Below, piece by piece: positions 29,425 through 43,500 of a stretch of DNA of 64,000 bases. Source of the DNA: Trichoplax adhaerens (Eukaryota > Animalia > Placozoa); the NCBI RefSeq assembly GCF_000150275.1, contig NW_002060943.1, forward strand, positions 7,386,066 to 7,450,065, written 5' to 3'. Numbering within the stretch: the stretch's first letter is position 1; the number at the start of each line of letters is the position of its first letter. Below the pieces are notes generated by a model, which was not told where the DNA came from, ran no database searches, and worked only from the letters and a program-made list of their open reading frames with translations. The position numbers were made by a program, and so were the translations under genes.

Positions 29425-30650
29425 ATCATTGCATGCCTACCCTTGATCCTAGGCTCAAGTTAGACTACAGCTGGATGGGTGGAATCACTTATAGCAAAGT
29501 ACCGATAGCATTGCTTTGCTCTAATGAGATCAATGCATGCCTACACTTGATCCTAGGCTCGAGTTCGACTACAGCTGGATGGGTGGAATCACTTATAGCA
29601 AAGTACCGATAGCATTGCCTTGCTCTAATGAGATCATTGCATGCCTACCCTTGATCCTAGGCTCGAGTCAGACTACAGCTGGATGGGTGGAATCACTTAT
29701 AGTAAAGTACCGATAGCATTGCTTTGCTCTAATGAGATCATTGCATGCCTACTCTTGATCCTAGGCTCGAGTTCGACTAGCACTGGATGGGTGGAATCTT
29801 TTATAGTAAAGTACTGATAGCATTGCTTTGCTCTAATGAGATCAATGCATGACTAGTTGACTACCCTTGATCCTAGGCTCGAGTTAGACTACAGCTGGAT
29901 GGGTGGAATCACTTATAGCAAAGTACCGATAGCATTGCTTTGCTCTAATGAGATCAATGCATGCCTACTCTTGATCCTAGGCTCGAGTTCGACTAGCGCT
30001 GGATGGGTGGAATCACTTATAGCAAAGTACCGATAGCATTGCTTTGCTCTAACGAGATCATTGCATGCCTACTCTTGATCCTAGGCTCGAGTTCGACTAG
30101 CACTGGATGGGTGGAATCTTTTATAGTAAAGTACTGATAGCATTGCTTTGCTCTAATGAGATCAATGCATGACTACAGTAGTTGACTACCCTTGATCCTA
30201 GGCTCGAGTTAGACTACAGCTGGATGGGTGGAATCACTTATAGCAAAGTACTGAATAGCATTGCCTTGCTCTAATGAGATCATTGCATGCCTACCCTTGA
30301 TCCTAGGCTCGAGTCAGACTACAGCTGGATGGGTGGAATCACTTATAGCAAAGTACTGATAGCATTGCCTTACTCTAATGAGATCATTGCATACCTACCC
30401 TTGATCCTAGGCTCTAGTTAGACTACAGCTGGATGAGTGGAATCACTTATAGTAAAGTACTGATAGTATTGCCTTGCTTTAATAAGATCAATGCATGCCT
30501 ACCCTTGATCCTAGGCTCGAGTTCGACTAGAGCTGGATGGGTAGAATCACTTATAGCACAGTAATGATAGCATTGCTTTGCTCTAATGAGATCATTGCAC
30601 GCTTGTAAGTTCTAGGCTCGAGCTCAACTTGAGCTGGACCAGGAAATCAC
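29425..30650. repeat. ~104-bp tandem array (11 full copies plus 1 partial) in the EEFSEC/vinculin head-to-head interval
   Basis: Consensus atca(t/a)tgcatgcctacccttgatcctaggctcgagtt(a/c)gactacagctggatgggtggaatcacttatagcaaagtaccgatagcattgctttgctctaatgag. Unit starts at about 29425, 29529, 29633, 29737, 29841, 29953, 30057, 30161, 30279, 30383, 30487 and 30591. Confidence 0.97.
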
Positions 30651-31218
30651 TTTGTGACTAAAAAAGAGGAGGTTATAACTTCTAATCCAGGCCTTGTAAG
30701 CCTTATCCTTATATTCTTATTGCTTAGAGAGATCGATCGAGCTATTATTGACCTCATTGATATCCATTTTATAGCATTTATTTTCTCGATATGGATTATG
30801 CCAGTGGCTTCCAAGAAGAAATACTTATTAATCATTGTAAGGTAGCTAGCTTAGTAATGCAGTATAGGCAGTAGGTCAAGAAACGATTCTACTAATACGC
30901 ACCTTCCCATAACCTATAATAAAGTATAGTATGACAAGCGGTGTATGCGTCAGTAATCTGCCATAGAAGACTTTGACCTACTAACCCTGCAACTGGCACT
31001 GCTGCAATCCATCAAGCTCTGCAAAGGCAAAACTACCTATCAGGAAAACGCACTGCTAGCTGACAGCAAAGCTTTGAGGTGGCCTTTGGACCTTTTTCCT
31101 GTCTCTCTTGGTAGTTTTGGATTAGCATAAGGTAGTGCCTAAACCATCTTAATTCTTCAATCATTGATTTTGGACTGTGGAAGAAAGTAAAGCCTAACTT
31201 GGTTTAATTCAAGCAAAG

Positions 31219-34200
31219 ATGCGTCCATTTCCGAGCATGACGATTCAGCAAATCCTTGAGCCTTTAGCTCAACAGGTCAGTCAAAATGCTCAATTTGCCA
31301 TCATCGACTACCTCATAATGTCTTTACATGGATCTTAAGAGCAATTTTATATACTGCTGCAATCATAGATGGATATCTTGTATATCAGTCTATCGATGAA
31401 TGGTGGTTCTACAAGGTTTTTGTGCCACGGAGTCATAGACTACCTTTGTTATGCCTTGATTAAAACGGTGATAACTAGACAGTCGATGAGTAAAGATGGT
31501 AGTGATATCAAAGCAGGGTAAATAAATTGACTAACCTTTATAGCCTTCATTTGTAGCTACTGTAGTCATTACAACAGAAAAGTAGATCAGTTTTTACTAT
31601 AATATGTTCGGTTAGCTTACTAAAAATAGCCAGTAGGGAATATTTTCGCTGTGCCTTGTTGCCAAGCATCATCACTGCCTGCTAGAAAATATCTTTTAGC
31701 CTTATCAATTAAAAACCAAGCATAACGGATAAATAAGTTCACTAAGGTTATAGTTAGAGCATTTTACGGCTACTGTAGAAATTGAAATAGGAAGGTAGAT
31801 CCATTTTGACTGCCATACTTGATACTTAATGGTGTTACTGAACAATTTTCAGTGGAAAGTAGTGTTACTTTGTCTTATCAACAATCATCACATTGATGGA
31901 AAATATCTTTTAGTATATAAATTATAAACCAGGCACTACGGGTGAATAAGTCCATTAAGCTTATAATTATAACATTTCACGGCTACTATAGTGATTGAAA
32001 TATTGGAAAACAGATTTATTTCTACTGCGATACTTAGCAGGTAGCTTAACGAAAAAAATTTCAGCAGAGGCTATTTTCAATTAACGAGTACATCATGTCG
32101 ATAATCATCACTTCAACAAGATAAAAATATTTTGAACCATCTGAGTTAAATTGATTAATTAAAACCAGTCGTAACCTTACAGTTATAGCGTTCTTTTGCG
32201 GCTACTTTATTGATTGAAACAGAAAGGTAGATTAATTTTTACTGCAATACTTGTTGGTAGCGTAGTGAAAAGATTCGAGTAGAGAGTGTTTTCGCTTTGC
32301 GTTACCATCAACAAAAAACATCTGTTAGCCTTACAACGAAAAGGGATAAAAAGATTATTCATAACCAATCTTACGGATAGATGAGTTCACAAACCTTATA
32401 GTTGTAGCATTCTTTCACGGCTACGGTAGTGATCGAAAGCGTAGAATGGGTAGAATGGTATTACTGCAGCACTTGCGAATAGCTACTAGAAAGATTCGAG
32501 TAGAGAGTGTTTTCACTTTGCGTTATCATCAATCATCATCACTTCAAGATGAAAAAATACCTTTTAGCCTTACGACTTACTCGTATATGCTGCAGATTAA
32601 AAACAACAATCATGCATACAACGTTAATAAATAAATCAAGAAATTGATTTAGAAAAGACCTACTGCTCGTATCGATACCATTCTCAGCTAGTTAAAGAGA
32701 TTAATACTGTAGTTACTTGCTAGTAAAAGTATCCATTAGCCATATAAGTTAAAAACAATCATATTACTCAATGTTAACTGAACTAAATCAATAAATTGAT
32801 TTAGATAGACCTACTGCTCGTATCGATACTATTCTTAGCTAGCGAAACGAATTAATAGTAAAAGGAACTATACTGTACGGTATAAATATCACGGTAAACA
32901 TGTTAATCATAATAATCATGGTCATACTATAAACCTTAAGGCTGGCTTGTTAATGATGATGTTGAAAACCGGTTCTCTCGATCAGTTTATGAATGTCATC
33001 GGCTTGAAAATAGTTAGCAAGCTATACTATAAACCTTAAGGCGGATAGTTTGTTGATGATGATGATTACAAACCATTCTCTTCGTCAGTTTATGAGTATT
33101 GTTACCGTGATATCTCTTGATGAAAATCGTAGACTGTACTCGTATAGCCCCAAACTTGTCATTACTCTACTGTATATTGCAATATTATTAAGATAAAATC
33201 AAGGCTTTCCCGTTATTTAACTATAAAAAAAGGAAAAATTCGTTATACTATTAGTTGTAGTAAAACATACATTGTACATGCTCATCATTACTCTTTATTG
33301 CAACATCAAGATAATCAAGCTCATTTAGAATACGGAAAAGTAAATTGGAAATTTTTCTACTGCAATAAAACATCATAATTGACTTGCTACGCCAACAGAG
33401 AATACTGTATGTACTTGATTGAACAGCGACATATCCAAAACTGCAAGGAGAATTTTATCCTATAATGAAAACGTTTAGCAAACCAGCAGCAGTTTTATTA
33501 AGTAAACACTTATGATGTTGTCCTTTAGGTGTCTCAATTGGCTATAATCCATGAAGAAACAGAAGCCGGCAAATCAATCCCTGATATAACTATGCCCGTG
33601 CAAGCTGCCTGTGCCGCTGTTGCAAATCTTGTTCAGGTAACATACTCGTATACATCCACCATTCGATCTTTGTATTACAGTACCATCACAGCATTAATTA
33701 TATATACGCGTATAATTATTCAATCATAAATGGCTACAAGCAATGTAAGTTGCAGCATGATTAGAATAACTTTTTATAAGACAATTTAAACTGTTTCGCC
33801 ATCTTTATCAAGTCTATCTTCAATGACTGCTATAATTATGCATTCATTGAATGAAAAGTATGACCAGCGTTTGCTCCTTTTTATTACTGGATCATTCAAC
33901 TTAGGTCGGCCAAGATACTGCAAATGCTAGTAGTGATGAGAAATTTAAACAAGAAATGAATGTAGCACTGGAAGTGGTTAAAAATTCCTCTGTTAACTTA
34001 AATCAAGCTGCTCATCTACTAAAGGATGGCTCTTCTTCACTAGAAGCCAGAAATATATTAATTGATGGAACGAAAGGTTATCATGCCAAACAAATAAAAC
34101 AGTGTTAAACTTCAACATCTGATCGATTTAATGCTATAAAAGTCGATTAGAGTTTTTGTCGGTAGTTTTGCACTAGTAATTATGAATAATTCGGTAATCT

Positions 34201-37200
34201 CTTGATAAGATAATAGCACACGGGTAAAGTAGGTGAATATTATTAATCATATACACGTGCCTAATAGTAATAATTTTACACACAATTCTAACTTTGTAGC
34301 GACAAAATTCATATCTTCCGTTATCTCTTAATTACAAGTTCTTACGTTTAAAAAAACCAATATAACTGGCTTTGGGCGTTTATACGCGGTCAATGAACTG
34401 ATTGTAAGACCATAATGTCTCATTCTATTAGGTATACTATCTGGCACATCGGATCTCTTGTTTTCCTATGACGAATCCGAAGTAAAGAAAATCGTCCGTG
34501 TTTGCAATAATGTCAAAGATTACATGCCTAATGCTTCAGTTATTACTCATGAGGCTGATTATCAAACCTACACTAAAAGTGTCAAATCTGCAGTAGATAA
34601 CCTGTTAATTAGAATTAGAGCTCGCGCCGATGATTTACTGATTGAACTGAACAGGTAGCGTTCATATAGATTGCGTTTGAATATAGATATTAAAACTGAG
34701 AAGAAAATTTTTGAGTTATTAGCACCTCTGAAATAAAATTTCTTTCAATACAATTCCATTTGATAACCATTCTTGACAAGGTGTAACGTTTGCAATACTT
34801 CAGTATTTTAAAAATTGATAGTGTTACTGATAGGATTCTTATAGTTACTATGTGTACAGCACAGTATTAGTTATCATCTCATCAATAGTCAGCGTTTACT
34901 ATCAATAAATTCATCTATTGTGATATATGGGTCGCTTTGATTAAATCACTTAATAACTAATAAACCCACAAGAGTTAGTATTAAGATGTGACACTGTACA
35001 TGCGAATACAGCATTATTTTTTACAATATGTTGTGAACCGTTCAAATCGAGTAAACATGAAATACTATGAAAGTGTTTCATATTTTAAGAACACTTCTTT
35101 TTCAAGTTTAGGCGTTAAAATACTTTGACAAATTAATATTTCATGCTTGCTCTTTAACATAACTAGGCAGCTGCTAAAACGCTCATGTATCAATATTGAG
35201 GATGCCGTAACATCTATAGAATCTGTCTTAAAAGCTATAATTGACGACAATCAAGAAGCAGAACCATTACAAAATTCAAGAGATTCTTTTGTCGGTAATC
35301 ATTACACGTGTAATAAATCACTTATTCTAGTTTTCAGATTTAGTATTAAATATAACTAATTATACTGTATTTATCAAATATTTTTCAATATTGTAAACTA
35401 ATACTTACTGTTATAACTAAGGAATTGTATGTGAAGAACTTGAAGAAATTATACGGGTCTTAATGTTGCCGTTTACTGAAACACATGATGCATCTCAGGT
35501 TAGCCAATTAATCTATTCTTATATTGTACTCAATAGTGGTGACTTTGGACAGTAGATAATGTGTGGAACTACCTGCGACGTTGTTCAACTTTTTAATCTT
35601 CTCGACCTGTTAATGTAAAACCTTGACTAACTGGAAATAATTATGAACTTTTAGGATCATAGCTTACAAAATACTTCATTATGTCATGATTTCGATAAAT
35701 TAAGGGATCATTTGGTCAATGCACAATCTGATAAAGAGGGTTATCGTGGTTAGTCTGATCTCTCTATTAAATTATATTCAGTATAATAATTTTCTATTGT
35801 AGATGACAGAATTCGCAATATTGCTACGATATGACTCAATTCATTAATCTTCTTTATTATCATATGTCACAATTACTACTTAACATTTCATAATAAACAA
35901 ATTCTATGCATGTAGATAAGCTTATAGAAAACGTAGTATCAAAAGGAGTAGATATTTCCAAGAAATGTGACACTACAACTCAAACTGACATTGCAAATAA
36001 CTATAATTCACTTCAACAACACAATCGGAATTTAAAGGATAATACGGTTAGAATAATATTTTGATTGGAATATTTACTATTATTATTATCATTTCTATTC
36101 GTTTTGCTAACACAAGATAGTAAAAATGTTTGTGTTTTTTATCGTAAATAGGATACAGATCCATCGGCGCAAGCTACCAAGAAGGAAATGATAGATATAA
36201 TGGACAACACAGAGCAGGTGATGCAAAAACAATTAGCAAAACAAATTGCTGAGAATTTCGCTGATCCCGGATCCATTATAGAAGAACTTCAAAATCCAGC
36301 AGTACTAAAGGGTTAATAACATTTTAATCATCTATAATTGACACAATCCTAACTTTCAATTATCTGATCTCAATGGTAGACAACGAGAAAACAAAGTTGA
36401 AATGCGCAGAGTTCGTAAATCTGTCGGATTCGCTAGCCTCTACAGCGGAAGATGTTGCATTATTTGGTAGCGATAAATTGAACTTAGAGCAAACGGAGGA
36501 GATACGAAGCGCCTCAAGAAAGGTAACAGATGATTATTAACAGTAATGTGATTTGTCTAGTCTCATTACTTAACGAGATGTGAAGGTGGTGAAGGATCAC
36601 AAATACGGTAATTTAATACCTCTCTAATTAATGCTGTAGCTCCGTAAAGTAGCACCTACAGTTGTCAATGCCGCCATGGCTTCTTCAAGCAATATAGAGA
36701 ACCAGGTAATGGTTAATTTACTCACTAAGTCGAATCTTTCATATATCGATTTAATAGATATACAACTGTTTGATCAATAGGTTTACATTTCTTTTTCTGT
36801 TACTATAGTCAATCAGGCAATTTTCAGATGGCATTGCTACTCAATGGAAGGATACTGCAAGTTCCTTGTCGAAATATGTAGATGGTGCAATGGACAGTCA
36901 CACCCTTATAGCCGCTTCAGGTTATATTTATAGCGATATTACCGTCTGCTATAAATAAAGAGCCTGTTTGTTGAATATCAAATACAAATTGTAAGGCGAT
37001 ATGCATAAATGCTATTTTCCTGGTAATTTTTTGAACTTTTACAGAGGAAGCTGTTGAAAAATCAGCAAATGAGCTGTCAGAAGCGATAGAAAGTAGTAAT
37101 CCACAGGTTTGTAACTTTTAGCGCGTAATAAAATATATGTAAGACTAATTAATAAACAAGAAACGTAATATTTATGCGAATTTTCTCTGGAATGATTTCA

Positions 37201-39042
37201 CTTCACGAGCAGTTTAAAGCGATCTAACCGTATGTGTTACTTGCGATTATTTACGTGAATCATGTAAAAATGATATTAACATTATGATACAGGGCATACT
37301 TTCGAAAGCATCAGATTTTGCTAAGCATGCTGGTAGAGTATCTACAATTGCAAAGAGAGAAGTAGAAAATTCAGAAGATCCAATCTTTTCGCTAAAGATA
37401 ACTGAAGATCAAAAAGCTCTAGAAAACGGTTACAATTAGAATGAATCGATTGATTAATTATTTTTTAAGTTTTGTTAATTGAAACTAAAGTGTATCTTTA
37501 TCATATCAGATACTGTGGACTTGATAACCTGTGCAAATGTCTTGGCGGCAGATACTAATGATCAAGTAGCAAAGGATAATTTAAAAGTTAAGAAAGAAAT
37601 GGTAAGTTATGCTAAAATCATTTATTTTAAGTGACAATAGATATGGTCGCAATTTACTGACATGAGACAACTAATGATCAGGAAAACTCTGGTACTTGCT
37701 TTATTGTCTATAATATGAACAGGTTAGATCTGGCGTCCATAACGTTAGAAAGAGTTTGTCAGATGCTCTCGATGATGAAGTCGAACAAGCAACAGAAAAG
37801 GTTCATGAGCTGGAAGTCGCTGATGTTGTTAAAGACGGTAAGAGTTATGATTACTTAATATGTACAGCATGATATGGATGACTTTGCTGTTATACGAAAT
37901 TTTTACAACAGACTTCACTGTCTGTAGTCATGTAAAATCTGTTCCTATATCATTTCGTAGCCAAACCAGTCATTCCTCGCATAGCCGAAGAAACAGTAGT
38001 TGAAGAAGTGCCTGTGCCTCAGGAGCCCGTCCAACGTGAAGAACTTGATGAACAGATTCCTGATTATTTGACAAATCCTATTGCTGTAAATAACTTTATC
38101 GATTGTTTTCTTCCTACGTATTTCATGCTAATGAAGAAATCAATTACATTACAATTATCTAGCTATAAATGTCATACTGGCTATCCGTATTTTACGGTAA
38201 AGATTATTTTTGCCTAGGAGATCTAATTATTGTTTGACTCTAAAAATAATGTAGGAAGCTGCAAGATCGTTACGTAGGGAAACGAGTAGGTGGTCTGATA
38301 GTGATAACGATATCATAGCTACAGCCAGCAAAGCAGCTGGATTGATGGGTACTATGTCCAAAATTGTGGAGTACGTAGGCATTATGTAATTTGGGCACAA
38401 ATTTATAAAGAGCTTTTAATTTTATTATATTAAATAATGGATATCACTTTTAAACAGAGATGGGAGCGATGTAACAAGAAAAGAAATTATTCAAACGGCC
38501 AAGGATATTGCTAAAATTAGCGATTTGTTCGTGAAATATGTTGAGGAGATAGCCAGGAAATGCTCAGATAAACGAATGAAAGAAGTAGGTTGAAACAAAT
38601 TAAAACGTCTAGATGATAAGCATGATATCAGATCAATTCAAAAAATAGATAGCATAACTGGTGAATCAATTACTTTAGAATTTAAAGGTACTCCTGCAAC
38701 GGCTACCAACGATCAGCACGCAACTCAAAGTTGTCGCTACGGTAAAAGCGACTGCTGTAGCGTCTGGTGGTAAGTACTGCTAACAGTAATTTTATTGTTT
38801 TAAATTGCACTTAAGTTGACATTCAAAATAGTTCCATGAAATGAGCTGCATCCTTTATCATTTATAATGTAGACGAAAAGAGTAGCAGAGAAGCGAATGA
38901 AGTACTGGTTCTGAATGCAACCAACTTAATGAACACGATAAAAGAAACAGTCAGTGCTGCCAAAGCTGCAACTATTAAGATTAGAACAGATTCTGGGCAG
39001 AAAGTGGAATGGCGACGTAATCCAGCCCCTAAATTTTACTAA
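31219..39042 (+). CDS. VCL: Vinculin (about 21 coding exons, about 825 aa)
   Basis: Exon 1 MRPFPSMTIQQILEPLAQQ joins VSQLAIIHEE...IPDITMPVQAACAAVANLVQ, GILSGTSDLLFSYDESEVKKIVRVC, AKREVENSEDP, and a tail with RWSDSDNDIIA, RKEIIQTAKDIAK, KCSDKRMK, LQRLPTISTQLKVVATVKAT, LVLNATNLMNTIKETVSAAKAATIKIRTDSG...VEWRR. Stop at 39040-39042. The N-terminus and tail are vinculin-type, not alpha-catenin-type. Confidence 0.93.
31530..33080. repeat. Diverged ~215-bp repeats (about 5 copies) plus two shorter duplications in vinculin intron 1
   Basis: catt(t)tcacggctact...attgaaa...gtaga...tactgc recurs at about 31545, 31760, 31975, 32190 and 32408. aaattgatttaga..agacctactgctcgtatcgatac occurs at about 32641 and 32793; tactataaaccttaagg at about 32925 and 33025. 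Confidence 0.75.
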
Positions 39043-39792
39043 ATTCACTGATATGAATTATAATTCTATAGACAGCATTAACGACGCACCACCATTGAGA
39101 TGATCATAATTCTACATTCTGTGTCATGGTTTTAATGATGATTATTAATAATATTTATCAAGACCTGAGGCTGTTGTAGTAGCGTAAAATGTTTTGTTTG
39201 TGATGGTTGAATTTATTCTAAAATTGTAGTTGATTTTATCTGTATCACATAATTTTCCAATCGCAATCTAGCATACTTTATTGTTCAATAGCTTTCTACG
39301 TCTTGATTTTCGTTATTTGGTAAATTTGCATAATTTTCATCTCGTCTCGTACCGGGTTGGACTTCAATAGTGTAGCAGACGAATAGAAAGGTCTGAATAC
39401 TTACTATGCCTAAATAATTGTAATATTATGCATGGTGTAACTAATAGTTAACTTTAATTGGAGCAATGGAATTGCTAAGTTATTACCATTCCTAAGTGAA
39501 ATATGTGTAACTTGTGGGTCCTTTACTGAATAACAAAAGCATTTTAGGTAAATATCATCAGGTGGTATCATATATGGACTGGTACAAATACCCATTTCCT
39601 GCTTTACTTCTTATTAATTAATTATATCTTATTAACCACTAGCAATAACATACAAATGAATTGTAAGACATTTTAATAAAATTGGGTAATAATAACTAAT
39701 CCCTTCTACTATTGATGACTTATCTTGAGCTTGATTGGAGCTTGCAATATGCAAGAATAAAAAAAGTTTAGCCATCCTGGATTGATACTACC

Positions 39793-39827
39793 ACGCATGC
39801 GTAATCATGGGACGGTTTCATAGCAAC
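39793..39827. promoter_or_regulatory. Candidate RFX X-box (gtttcatagcaac, 39815-39827) next to an NRF1-like palindrome (acgcatgcgt, 39793-39802), upstream of CSTPP1
   Basis: Matches the 13-nt form of the X-box consensus GTTNC(C)ATRGNAAC. It lies about 730 bp upstream of the CSTPP1 ATG, with a 5'UTR intron likely in between. Confidence 0.5.
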
Positions 39828-40557
39828 CCCTTCTAGTATAGTAGAGGAATGAGTGATAAGCTCTGGAGAATATTCCTGTAACATCTTAGCTTTAGCCTTC
39901 TTAACTAACTATAGCAGTCTGGTTAGTTAACTTAACCCTGGAAGAACTTGAAAACTAGAATAATCCTTTAATTTTTTTCCATTTCTCGCAGCACTAGATA
40001 ATCCTAGGCACCATATTATAGGTAAATGATGATCAGATTAGGTCTCACGATATAGCACCACATGTATTACGATTTGCCATTTTACTACTGTACTTTGACT
40101 AAAAGTATAAGCTTATTTCGACTATTTATCACCCTATGGTATGTTATCATTGGATTTTTCCCCTTAATAGTATTTAAAAGGTCAACATACTTCAACTAAT
40201 TCACCTATTCATGTTCCATTCCAGAAGGAAAAGGACAGGTACCAGCAAAGTACGAGGATATCAATAATCTCTGTCGTGCTATATTCAATTAGCTTAGGCT
40301 ATTACAACATCGATTTGTTATTGCTGCAAGTATAGAGTTGAAGAAATTATTTAGCTGTATATTCTAAATCTTATACATTGCATTTGATCGATAACTTAAA
40401 AAAAAATTTTATTATTTTCTTAACCTAACATTTATTTCGATTTTACTATCATAATATTTAAAGTAAAATAAATTTAATAGAAAAACATGGTAAGAAATTA
40501 TTTCCTCACATTTGCCCTATTTTAGGTCTAAATCTGATGAAATAAAACTTAATTTAC

Positions 40558-43500
40558 ATGGCTGATGCTATGAATTTGATATCAGAAGATGAACAATATT
40601 TGAGTATGTGAATTTTAACTGCATTCCACATAGAGAAGCTAGTAAGAGCTGCTCGTACTCTAATCAAGTCTCTGTAAACACCACAGTAATTCTATTGCAT
40701 CTTATTTTCGTATTATAACTGATTGATACAATGTTCCTGTTGCAGGAAAACATCATTTACTGACTTATGTTGAGGTGAGAATAGAAATATTAATAACTAA
40801 TCAAAGTAATATCAACTAAATCTAGCGATTTCATCTTTGAATTTATGTGATATCACCGTGTATCAAATTCATCTCAAGAACAAATCATCAATTTGAATTG
40901 CCCTTATACCATTTTTTTAGTAGATGCATTATAATTTTTCTTATGTGATGTTGCTCTGCTTATTTCGCTCTTTATGATATCAAATTTTAGGTAAAAAAAT
41001 GTAAATACATCTATAAATCTTGCTTATAGATGTCATTGAAAGACGTCATTTTTCAATGATTTCGTATTCGTATAAGCCATAGTCTATTTATATGTAAAAT
41101 ACTAAGATATTAGGTTTACACCAATTACAATAAATAATATTTAGTATACTATTATAAAGTATCATTTAGAGAGTATTCGAGTTAGAATTAGAGTAAAGAG
41201 CACATAAACCGTTACTTGAGCTTCAATAAAATGAGCAACTTAAGACTTTCATTGTAGATCTAAGATCAAATTCAAATTATCTCTTTAATATAGAAATAAA
41301 CGTATTTCTTATCTATTCCTTTAATATCATGCTATATGTAGGATGGAGTTGCTCAGTTGGTTAGGTATAAGGAAGAACATCCGCAAGTTAATCCCAACAA
41401 ATTTCTTCATGACTAGTAAGCATTTACTGAAGTGATACACTCTATTACTATTTTAAAATATATTTATTAATAAGAATTTATCCTTTATTTATGTTCAATA
41501 TGTAGTTTTACAAGTGTCCATAAGGGAAATCATATCCTCTATAGAGAATATTCATTTGTTCGAGAGACGCCTTATAATCGTTCGTGTTTTATTGCCATGT
41601 TTAGTAGATGTTTTCACCATCTAGGAGAAAAAAAAGGTTTCTAATTTACGATTAGAATAGTATAATAGTATCATAGTTTTATTGAAGCCTTAGCTTATAT
41701 TTTAAATCAATAAAGATATTCAACGATGTGATAACATAGATAGTAGCTCCACCTGATGCTATATGTGTAATGAATTTAATCGTATTCGTAGCAATATTTG
41801 AATTTTATTAGTATAATACGATCATAGGATACTTTTATTATTAATCATTATTTTAATCATTATGAAATGCCTCAAATAATATTTTTTCTTAAATTTGGAT
41901 AGAACTATTCAATGCTAAAGAATACCATTCTCTACTGACATTGATATGTGCAGATTTTCCTCCAAGTATAGTAGAAGATGCGATAAGGTATAGGATTCGA
42001 TAATATTTATAGCAAAGAGGAAGTGATTCTAGCTTAAATCTATTTCATCTTTCATCAATATGAACGAGTTCTTCCAAATATTTATCACCTTGATCTTTTC
42101 CAAGTCATCTCTTAGCTAACGCAGGAACTACTATAAAATTAGCTATTACTAGTGGTCCCTGGCTGCAGTAGTTTATCATTCCTTTCAAAATTTCACTTAG
42201 ATGATTGCAACAATATGATTTTTCACATATAGACTATTCCTAGGAGAGGATGTAACAGATTTATCCATTATTTTTTCTGATTTCCTTATGGCATTTCAAT
42301 TCCGATTCTTTTATGATGGTAAATATGAACAAAAGCAACAATTGAGAAATTTTTAGTATTTATAGCTATACTAATAACTGCTAAACCTATCTGTTACTAT
42401 ATCTATTCACTAAGATAACTATTAGGATTTTGAAAATGTATCATATCTAGTATATTTGCTCTTTTCTATATATGTAGTTGTCACAAAACAGCTTTGCAAC
42501 ATGATAACGTAATCTACGATCAATAAGTCAATTTCTTGAACCACGTATCAAGGAACGATATCTGCACTATCACAAACACTTTTGCTCTACTAGCAGACTA
42601 CACAAAGACTTAAACGCCTCGTATTTTACGTTAAACACTAAGTTGGAGAATTCTCTTTATTTCACGATATACTGCATTTATATACTGTTCCTCAATAGTT
42701 CATGAGTCATAGTTAATACAATTAACCTCGGAATCATTTACTGAATTAGATATTAATTATAGCTACTGCTCCCTTAATGCAGACAACAGTATTTACGAAC
42801 ATAGACATATAATGACTAATACAGAATAGTCAGATTGCGATATGTCTTATCACGGAACATTTCCATGATAATTTACAGTCTACCATAAGTAAATTACAAT
42901 CGCAATGATTCGAATTGTAAGCAGATGATTTGCATTCCCTATTATAACTATTAATTTCAGTATGTGTATAAGTGTCACTGTCATAAAAAGTCAGTGCTAT
43001 ATTAAAATACAGTATATCCAAATTAGAAGTTAACTAAATAAGGATAGTCTAATAGAATTATCCTAACATTGATATTTCTACTGTAATACAGTATATAACG
43101 CTGTAATAGTAGTGCATATACTAACTATTGTATAAAACAAGTAATCAGCAATTTAAATTATTTAAGAGGTGCAAGAATGGGATCATTTCACTATTATTTC
43201 TTTCAATCGAATTATAAACAGTAAAATTAAATAAAACTTGTACTCTAGAATTCGTCGAAGACAGCAAATACATCTTTGATGCAGCTAAATCCAATCCAAT
43301 TTCCAGCCGTAGCATTCCAGCAACGGAGAACTTCTTAACGAGTGCTACTTCTACAGGCGAGAATCTATCGAGGGAAGAATATTTCGCCCAGAATACTCCC
43401 ATAAATATTGTTAATCAGTTATATCCACCCTCTGATAGTGGGTATGTCAATTGGAAGTTATTTCTGTGTTAAAATTACAAATTTCTAAACTCTTTCCTCT

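Noticed and set aside
29400-29560. Hammerhead ribozyme in satellite (ctgatga at about 29417; ctaatgag in each unit)
   Set aside because: No GAAA closes a stem II, and the repeated copies have CUAAUGA instead of the essential CUGANGA core.
29425-30650. CRISPR-like array or SECIS cluster next to EEFSEC
   Set aside because: Units repeat over their whole length with no unique spacers and no cas genes. No SECIS AUGA/AA/GA geometry was found, and the array is upstream of both genes rather than in a 3' UTR.
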